DNA of 64,000 nt from Cladosporium halotolerans (Eukaryota). Shown in pieces: positions 56,697-64,000 of the stretch. Both the position numbers and the translations under genes were made by a program. Every line of letters begins with the position of its first letter. Within the stretch, counting starts at the first letter, position 1. The DNA lies in NCBI RefSeq assembly GCF_011745625.1, contig NW_027191495.1:1-64000 (forward strand), given 5' to 3'. The notes beneath the pieces are model-generated. The model had not been told where the DNA came from. It saw only the letters and a program-made list of their open reading frames with translations, and ran no database searches.

Positions 56697-57733
56697 GGTT
56701 GCGGCTTGTGATTGGGGGTGGAGGGGGTGGGAGGGTGGTGAGAGTGACAGTGATGAGAGGGAGGATGGAGGGCTGGAGAGGGTTGTGGTGGTGGTGGAAA
56801 CAATATCAAAGGCAAAGAAAGCAAAAAGGGAAATGCAGCGACATGCCACCAGCCCACTCTGCGCCTGCGCTGCTGCGAACTGCCGACCCTCGCCGCCCCA
56901 AAATTTCTTGTGCCCGTCGGCCAATCACGCCATCCACGCCCCTCACGGAGCACGTCGGGCGTTGAGATTTGAGCCCCTCATGTCTGCTGCCCCTCGTCTC
57001 TGCCCATGCGCCGAACCCTTTGCCCGCGGGTTAATTCACTTCGCATTTCCACATTCATCCCATCTGAACGCGTTCAATCACGGCACATCCAGCACAAATG
57101 CTTGCAGAGTCACGTGGCATCCGCATTGGGCCGCCATGGAATGCAGACAGACTAGCGCCAGCAGCGTTTGCAGGGGCGCTCGGTTACAGCAGTGATTCCT
57201 CCTCTCAACCGTTGCCAACTCGCCGATGTTCCCGAGAAAATCGCATCTCGGTATAAGCCCAAGTCGTACGTCTCCGCAATCGCTTGTGGAGTCGTACCAC
57301 ACTATCCATACATCATTACTTCGGCCTTGGCATTTGCGTCCATCCTTTCGTCTTCGTCAGACATTGGTGCAAGCTGTACACAGGTTATCAGATGATGTTC
57401 CGGAAATACCGGATGCCATGTTCCTGTGCAGATTGATACAAGGTTAAGGCGAAGGTTTCTAAACGAATAGCTACTCATGACGTGAGATTCGCTTACGCAC
57501 CCAAGTCGGGGAGCTTTCATCAATGGACTCAAAGTCAAGTTTGGCAGCCCCAAATGCAGCTATATACAAAAACAATGCTATTTGCACGGGTATCTTGTAT
57601 GACAATGATAGACACCAAACGCTCAAACAATGCGAGCAAGCAAGACCTCATAAGGTCGACATGTACTCTAGCGCCTCACTCCCCAGCCCATGCACGCACT
57701 GCAAGCAACAATGCATCATCGCACACCACATAC

Positions 57734-58729
57734 TTAGTGTCCCTCCATGTTCTCTAGAATGCCCTGAGCCACACCCTCAGGAGTGGGTTTCTCAGCAACA
57801 ACGTCCGGCTCGAACCCAAACTGCTCGATCAGGTATTGCTTTGTCGTAGGGCCAATGGCAGCGATTCTCGTCCTCATCGGTGCAGACATAACCTCCCTCA
57901 GCGTCTGGCTGAACTTCCCACTGCCCGTCTCCAACCACCCCAAAGCCATAAGCATAGCCTCGCAGCCCTGCGGCGAGAAAACCACCACCCACTGCTCCTT
58001 CACCTTCGCCCTCTTAGCTTCCTGGAGCAGCTGCGTGAAGTCCTCCTCGAACGTCGCCATCTCCCCCGTCTCGTACACAACGAGCTCAACCATCGCCGTG
58101 CGCTCCGCAGGCGGCAAATCTTCCGACGCCAGCGTCTTCGGGATGATGTCCCGCCTCTGCTCTCCCACAGGAAACAGAAGCGGCAACCGCCTGCCATCCA
58201 AATGCGTCACCTCCTCAGACAAAGTCCTCTGATGCTCCAGAATGAACTTCGCCAACGCATCCCCATTCCCTGTCTCCTCCCCGACAACCGGACACGGCAA
58301 CCCCAGCGCCCTCACACCATTCGCCGTCGCAGGCCCAACGACGTAAATTGGCATGAGCGGATCGAACAGCATCCCCTTCTTCGCCGGATCCAGCTTCGCG
58401 ACGACAAACGCAAACGCATCGACCGCCCTCTGCGACGTAAAGACGATCCCGCCATACCGCTTGGCGGGGTTGTGCGTGGCCTTCTGGCGCGCAGTGGCGG
58501 GGCTGCCGCCGGCGAAAGCGAAGCGCTCGGCCGACAAGCGCAGCTTCTTCAGCGTGTCGTCGCGGAACATGTGCTCGAGGACGGGGACGAAGATGGGCCT
58601 GAAGCGGCCATTTTCGAGCGTCTGGAAGTGCGATTCGTAGGCGTCGTTGGGCGAGGAGATGGTCTTGAGCAGGTAGATGGGGATTTGGTCGATTGTCAGG
58701 TCGTGGAGGGCGGAGGTTACGGTGTCCAT
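57734..58729 (-). CDS. HEM4: Uroporphyrinogen-III synthase
   Basis: IYLLKT, FVPVLEH, YGGIVFTSQRAV, YVVGPAT, LFPVGEQRRDIIP, VVYET, VFSPQG, AIGPTT, AEKPTPEG. Confidence 0.92.
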   Translation of the reverse strand: MDTVTSALHDLTIDQIPIYLLKTISSPNDAYESHFQTLENGRFRPIFVPVLEHMFRDDTLKKLRLSAERFAFAGGSPATARQKATHNPAKRYGGIVFTSQRAVDAFAFVVAKLDPAKKGMLFDPLMPIYVVGPATANGVRALGLPCPVVGEETGNGDALAKFILEHQRTLSEEVTHLDGRRLPLLFPVGEQRRDIIPKTLASEDLPPAERTAMVELVVYETGEMATFEEDFTQLLQEAKRAKVKEQWVVVFSPQGCEAMLMALGWLETGSGKFSQTLREVMSAPMRTRIAAIGPTTKQYLIEQFGFEPDVVAEKPTPEGVAQGILENMEGH

Positions 58730-59028
58730 GGTTTTGGTTGTTGCCTCCAGTGCTCTACTCTTATTTTTCTTTTTCTTCGTTTGGAAGGTTTTGTTGCTTG
58801 GATTAATTTTGAGACATGCGCTGTAGGACCGCGGCAGCCGAGATGGCTGCAAGCATTGGGGCTCCCTGAAGAGGAGGCACTGTGATTGGCTTTCAAAGTC
58901 GACCCGCAACGCGCGCGCGCGCGCATCGAAACGCGTGCACGTCATAGCTCTCGATGGATTCTAGTAGGCGAAAGATAATCTGTCATTGACTACAGCGCAC
59001 CACGATATTCCTTACACACCAGCGCATC

Positions 59029-60603
59029 ATGGTCGCAAAGAAACAAGATCAAGGCCTCAGCGAATATGAGCTCGCGCGACAAGAGAAGATCGCGAAGAAC
59101 CAGGCCCTTCTTAAGCAGCTGCAGCTCGATGCGCAGCAGACGGGCATAGGCTCGAAGCCCAAACCGTCCTCTACGGCTGGGCAGAAGCGCAAGAAACCGC
59201 AAGAGAAGAAAGTGAAAGAAGAGATCGTGCCTCGGAGATCATCTAGAAGACTTCAGGGCATTGTCGCAGACTCGGAAGTCGCACGACAGAAGCAAGAAGA
59301 GGAGGCGGAGGCGTTTCAGGAACAGCAGAGGGCGAAGCGCATGCGAGTGAGCGACGATATCAACCTCGTGGATGCGGTTGTCAATGGAAGGACTTGGAAT
59401 AAGGCGGGCAACTGGCTCACTGCTGCCGGGCCGGCCAACCCGGGAGAGCGGACGTTTGACGTACAGGATGTCAAGGACACAACGGACAAAGAGCTACGGG
59501 AGATACGTGAGCGCATGAGCAACTTGCAGCTTTGGGAGGGAGCGGAGCCGAATAGGATCAAGATCACTCCAGAGCGGATATACAGTCTTGGCTTGCATCC
59601 GACCAAAGACAAGGCGCTCGTATTTGCTGGTGACAAGTTGGGCAGCCTCGGACTGTTTGACGGGTCACAGACAGCACCAGAACAGATCAAGCAGGAGGCC
59701 GACGATGCTGATGAAGATGGAGACGAAGATTTCGAGCCAGCGATCACAACCTTCAAGATCCACACAAGAACAATCAGTGCTTTCCAGTTCGCACCACATG
59801 ACCAGAACGCCTTGTTCTCCGCTTCGTACGACAGCTCGATACGGAAACTCGACCTCGCAGAAGGCAAAGCAATTGAAGTCTACGCACCCGAAGACAAAGC
59901 GGCCGACGACCCCATCTCCGGCGTCGAAGTCAGCCGCCTAGATCCAAACATGCTCCATTTCGCGACCCTCAACGGCCAGTTCGGCATCAAAGACATGCGA
60001 GTGCCCACCCACGAAACCATCGAACTCTTCCAGCTGTCCGAAAAGAAAATTGGCGGCTTCTCCCTGCACCCGGCGCAACCGCACCTGGTCGCAACCGCCT
60101 CTCTGGACCGCACGATGAAACTGTTCGACCTGCGCAAGATCTCCGGCAAAGGCGCGAGCCGCATGCCGTCCCTTCTCGGCGAGCACAGCAGCAGCCTCAG
60201 CGTCAGCCACGCCGCGTTTAACGCCGCGGGGCAAGTCGCGACGGCCTCGTACGACGACACGGTGAAAGTCTACGACTTCTCGTCGCTCACGGACACCAAG
60301 CCGGGCGCGCAGCTGTCGGAAGCCGAGATGGAGCCCAGCACGGTGATCCCGCACAACAACCAGACGGGCCGGTGGGTCACGATCTTGCGCGCGCAGTGGC
60401 AGATGCAGCCGCAGGATGAGGTGCAGCGGTTTGTGATCGGGAATATGAACAGGTTTGTTGACGTGTACACGAGCAAGGGGCAGCAGTTGGCGCAGTTGGG
60501 CGGCGATGGGATTACTGCGGTGCCCGCCGTGGCGAAGTTTCACGATTCGATGGATTGGATTGCGGCGGGCACGGCGAGCGGGAAGTTGTGTCTTTGGCAG
60601 TAA
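59029..60603 (+). CDS. CMR1: WD40 DNA-damage-binding protein Cmr1 (WDR76 homologue)
   Basis: LSEYELARQEKIAKNQALL, RRSSRRL, KITPERIY, FAGDKLG, HNNQTGRW, IGNMNR, TAVPAV, SGKLCLW. Confidence 0.93.
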   Translation: MVAKKQDQGLSEYELARQEKIAKNQALLKQLQLDAQQTGIGSKPKPSSTAGQKRKKPQEKKVKEEIVPRRSSRRLQGIVADSEVARQKQEEEAEAFQEQQRAKRMRVSDDINLVDAVVNGRTWNKAGNWLTAAGPANPGERTFDVQDVKDTTDKELREIRERMSNLQLWEGAEPNRIKITPERIYSLGLHPTKDKALVFAGDKLGSLGLFDGSQTAPEQIKQEADDADEDGDEDFEPAITTFKIHTRTISAFQFAPHDQNALFSASYDSSIRKLDLAEGKAIEVYAPEDKAADDPISGVEVSRLDPNMLHFATLNGQFGIKDMRVPTHETIELFQLSEKKIGGFSLHPAQPHLVATASLDRTMKLFDLRKISGKGASRMPSLLGEHSSSLSVSHAAFNAAGQVATASYDDTVKVYDFSSLTDTKPGAQLSEAEMEPSTVIPHNNQTGRWVTILRAQWQMQPQDEVQRFVIGNMNRFVDVYTSKGQQLAQLGGDGITAVPAVAKFHDSMDWIAAGTASGKLCLWQ

Positions 60604-60891
60604 AGAATCCGATCGTATTCCGAGTTCAGGGATTGAGGTATTCTGGTGAGATTTGGACATTCAAGCATGGCGTCAAGGTAGGGTGTCGGTTTAAGGGTCA
60701 AGAGAGTGAATCGTATGATTATCATTGTATTGTTATCCGGGTTGAAACCCTTGTCGTTACCATTCTATGAGCTTTCCAATAGAAATGCTATTGTACAGTA
60801 TGTACCTCGCTAATGCGCACTTTCTGTGCGAAATCATCTACCGACTTCCTGATTCCTCCATTCCACACCTAAGCAGCTCCCTCCGAGCTGC

Positions 60892-61446
60892 TTAAGAGTA
60901 CTGCCAAGCGCCAGCCTGGGTAGAGTTGGAGGTGAGAGCGTCGAAGCCAAGGCAGCCGTCATCGAAAGAGACGCCCTCGAGCTGGACGAAGACCTTCCAG
61001 GAGCCCTCGTCGGACTCGCAGGGGCAGGCGAGCAGGCCGCCGTTCTCGTTGGAGAGGATGCCGAAGCCGTTGCCGGGGTTGGTGCTCCAGCCGGTGACGA
61101 TGGCGCCCTCGGGCATGGCGGCGGAGTGGGCGATGGTGTACTTGACGGCGCCGGTGTCGGGCTCGACGTAGACCTGCTGGCCGCCGGGGACGACGACGCC
61201 CATGCTCAGGGAGCCCTCGCCGCCAGCGAAGGTGGTGGTGTTGCCGGCGGGGCAGCCGTCGATGTCCTTGACGTTCTCAGGGCAGTAGGAGGCGGTGGGC
61301 TTGCCGAGCCAGAGAGACTGGCCGGAGGCGGAGACGCTCTGGTAGTGGATGGGGGAGGCGGAGCGAGCGGAGGTCAGGCCAAAGTACTGGGCGGAGGCAG
61401 AGGAGAGGAGGCCGGTGAGGGCGGCGACGGTGGCGGTGGTCTTCAT
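60892..61446 (-). CDS. Small secreted cell-wall protein (IgE-binding/PhiA-like)
   Basis: Signal peptide MKTTATVAALTGLLSSASA; SASPIH, SYCP, VPGGQQVYV, YTIAHSA, LLACP; 184 aa. Confidence 0.8.
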   Translation of the reverse strand: MKTTATVAALTGLLSSASAQYFGLTSARSASPIHYQSVSASGQSLWLGKPTASYCPENVKDIDGCPAGNTTTFAGGEGSLSMGVVVPGGQQVYVEPDTGAVKYTIAHSAAMPEGAIVTGWSTNPGNGFGILSNENGGLLACPCESDEGSWKVFVQLEGVSFDDGCLGFDALTSNSTQAGAWQYS

Positions 61447-63483
61447 TTTGGGTGGTGGGTTGGTTGGGTTGTTTGATTGGTGGTTGGTGTTGAGATGAAT
61501 TGACTGATGATTTTGATTGAGTCGTTGTTGGATGAGGAGATACAATGGAGGATCTGGAGAGGATACTTATACCTTCTACTCTCATGTGGCACCCGTTGGC
61601 ACCTGCTCGTTTCTCGTGTCCGGAAAGGACGTCCCCGAGGCCTCTGTGATTACTTTCGCGCGGTAGCACAACGATGGCAGACCATCCCTCCACCGCAAGA
61701 CCCGTGGTCACAGGCTAAGATTGAGCGCTGCGCGGTTTGTGGAAACATACAAGAAGATCTCTCGTATTCTGCCCGCTACCTATCCACCGGCATGTAGCAG
61801 CGTCCCTAAAAAAGGATATGACGCTGATCGCAGCGCGGAGCGAAGTCAAAACTACGCGCATAAGGGTTTAGCAGGCCGTCGGTAAAGCTTCGGCAAGGGC
61901 TCGTCTCATCTCCTGCCGAGCGGAGTAGCAACTTCATGCGGCTTTGTTTGCACCTCAAGAGCGCGGACGCTCCCCCACAGCAATATCTGATGGGCGCGGC
62001 GGGCGGGGTGCGCAGACATTCCCTGTCGACAATCTGTCATTATTCAAGAGTCGCGAAAGCACGCAGGCGACCGTTGGCGGGCCGGTGCAAGTGGCAATGG
62101 ATGTCGTTGCCGAGGCTATGTTTAGCACAAAGTTGGGCGCATACCAAACTGAGGCGAGTCCGGCTCGCGCGTGGTGCAACGCTGATCACCTCGACCGCTG
62201 TCGTGCTACCAGGACCTGAAGAAACGTTACTCGGTTGCTGGACGTGTGGACTTGGAACGTCATGTTAGGTCATGTATTATGGTTTCCGGGAGTCCCGATC
62301 CTGGCCCTTGTACCACGGAGACGCCTCGTATCGATGCTACCTTGCTAGCACGGCTTTTAGTCGCAGCGCATGATCACCTTCAAATTATATCTCGAGTGGC
62401 CGAAGCGTACACATGAATCGTGAGTGTACTTGTTCAATGGAGTAAGATCGTTCCCAAGCCTCGCTCGGTATGTACGGCAATGCTCGACCTCGTATAGCTC
62501 AGCTTCCGTTGACCGACTCGCCACAATGGAAGTGATAGTAATGCTGCGTTAGAACGATCTGAGCGTGGACATGTGAGGGACTTGACGAGGCGAGCTGCAT
62601 ACGCGATACACCAGTGCCGTTGTCCTCCGTTGCACATGGATAGTTTTGACTTCTGACCGATGCGAATTATGTGCAGGCAAGATCGCTCACTCCATGTACA
62701 GCTTCATTTACCATCGAACTTGTTGTCGTCGTTCTGATGGATCCTCCGAATATGCAGGGCGGCAAGGGAAGGATCGGCTAAAGCGAAGGCTGCGGCTGCA
62801 ACCTCCCGTGCCGAAGCCGCAGCCGAAGCGCGGCCGGCCGCGTGCGCTCCTTTGTCTTTGTCTTCAGCTGCCTTTGTCATGCTCACACCCACCACACACC
62901 TTCCCATTACCATCATCATCACCATCACATTCGTGCACATCGAGAGAGAATTGCCACTTTCCTCTCTGCTCAGTGAGTCAGTAAACAATACTGCCGGCGA
63001 CTGCAGTCCGAACGCACGACCGCGACCGAGCGACGAGGGCGAAGGTTAGGGACATCGGAGGCGCTGGGAATACGTGCAGAAAGAAAGCCTGCAAGCAAGA
63101 CAGAACAAAGGAGAAGACAAAACAGGCGGTTGGAAGCAGGAAGCTGTCGCACACTGACCCACAGATTGTCCCTATTGTCACAGACAGAGACTTCTGAAAT
63201 TGAAAAGACGAGCCTTGTTACTTGCAGGCCTTTGAGAATACCGTGCGCCTTTGGCCATAATACAAAGGCATCAGAGCTCTCGCTGTACATTACTTGCTCT
63301 TCCCTCGTATACTATACTCCCTACTTGCACTGAGGACATCCACCCGCGCGCATCCTGACCATTCACTACGACAACTTGCATCGACTGAGCGCCTGCACTT
63401 TGAACAGGACACCTCTGGAAACAGATTAGGCCACTTGGTACCCGGGCGTGACGAGCGAAAGTCCGCCTGACAAATACAGAAAG

Positions 63484-64000
63484 ATGTCTTCTTCCATTTT
63501 CTTCAAGTTCAAGTCACAGAAAGAGCCCTCTCAAATAACATTTGATGGCACTAGCTTGTCTGTATTTGAAGTGAAGCGCGACATCATCGCCCTCTCTAAG
63601 CTCGGAGATGGTACGGACTTCGATCTCGAAATCAACACATCCGACACCAATGAGCGTGAGTATCTATAGCGTTCCTCCACGCATTCTTTGAAGTAAGGCT
63701 AACACGTGGTCAGGTTATGATGATGATACCGTACAAATTCCACGGTCGACCACAGTCATCGCGCGCCGCCTTCCGGCCACGAAGCCGGGCGCAGGCAGAG
63801 CGGCGAGATACGTGTCGGGCAAGATGCCCGTGAATGCTAAGAACCAGCATCGCGTCGAGACTCTGCGCGGAGACTCCAACAAAGCAACTCCCATGGCGGG
63901 CGGTGCTGCCGCCAACGGCAAGCCCATGACTGAGGAGGAGAAGTTACAGGCTATGTTCAGTGAGAACAAGGCGTCCTGGGCGGCCGACCAGGCAGACATT
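63484..64000 (+). CDS. MPE1: Mpe1/RBBP6-like cleavage and polyadenylation factor (DWNN domain), runs off the window end
   Basis: MSSSIFFKFKSQKEPSQITFDGTSLSVFEVKRDII, intron at 63656-63713, then YDDDTVQIPRSTTVIARRLP...AARYVSG...TEEEKLQAMF. Confidence 0.92.

Noticed and set aside
61500..63480. 2-kb intergenic region with short ORFs and CAT repeats
   Set aside because: No supported CDS or RNA motif; consistent with the divergent promoters of the cell-wall gene and MPE1.

Overview
Eukaryotic, intron-containing DNA from a filamentous ascomycete. GC-rich codons, short GT-AG introns with CTRAC branch points and the gene set suggest a Dothideomycete; the taxon is an inference. The window is gene-dense, with about 28 protein-coding genes. 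Core genes: STE12, a MINDY deubiquitinase, a GAR synthetase, a DUF89 phosphatase, NAP1, TIM8, RPL25, ORC6, RMP1, an importin-13-like gene, ORC2, PDX1, SAM synthetase, HEM4, CMR1 and a partial MPE1. Accessory genes: GH93 arabinanase, a PTH11-like membrane protein, a secreted amidase, an epoxide hydrolase, a BBE-like oxidoreductase, a Zn2Cys6 factor next to a salicylate hydroxylase, a sugar transporter and a secreted cell-wall protein. Four things stand out. (1) A U2 spliceosomal snRNA on the minus strand (10336-10526), invisible in the ORF track, with unusual substitutions including an apparently compensatory one. (2) An orphan protein (49556-50407) with a two-repeat HET-s-like amyloid motif and a probable degenerate HeLo-like domain but no adjacent NLR. 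(3) A stand-alone GAR synthetase lacking the AIR synthetase half typical of fungal Ade5,7. (4) ORC2 and ORC6 within 5 kb of each other, with MCB/SCB-like promoter motifs. No tRNA, rRNA, CRISPR array or intact transposon was seen. All calls come from reading the sequence by eye; no searches were run.
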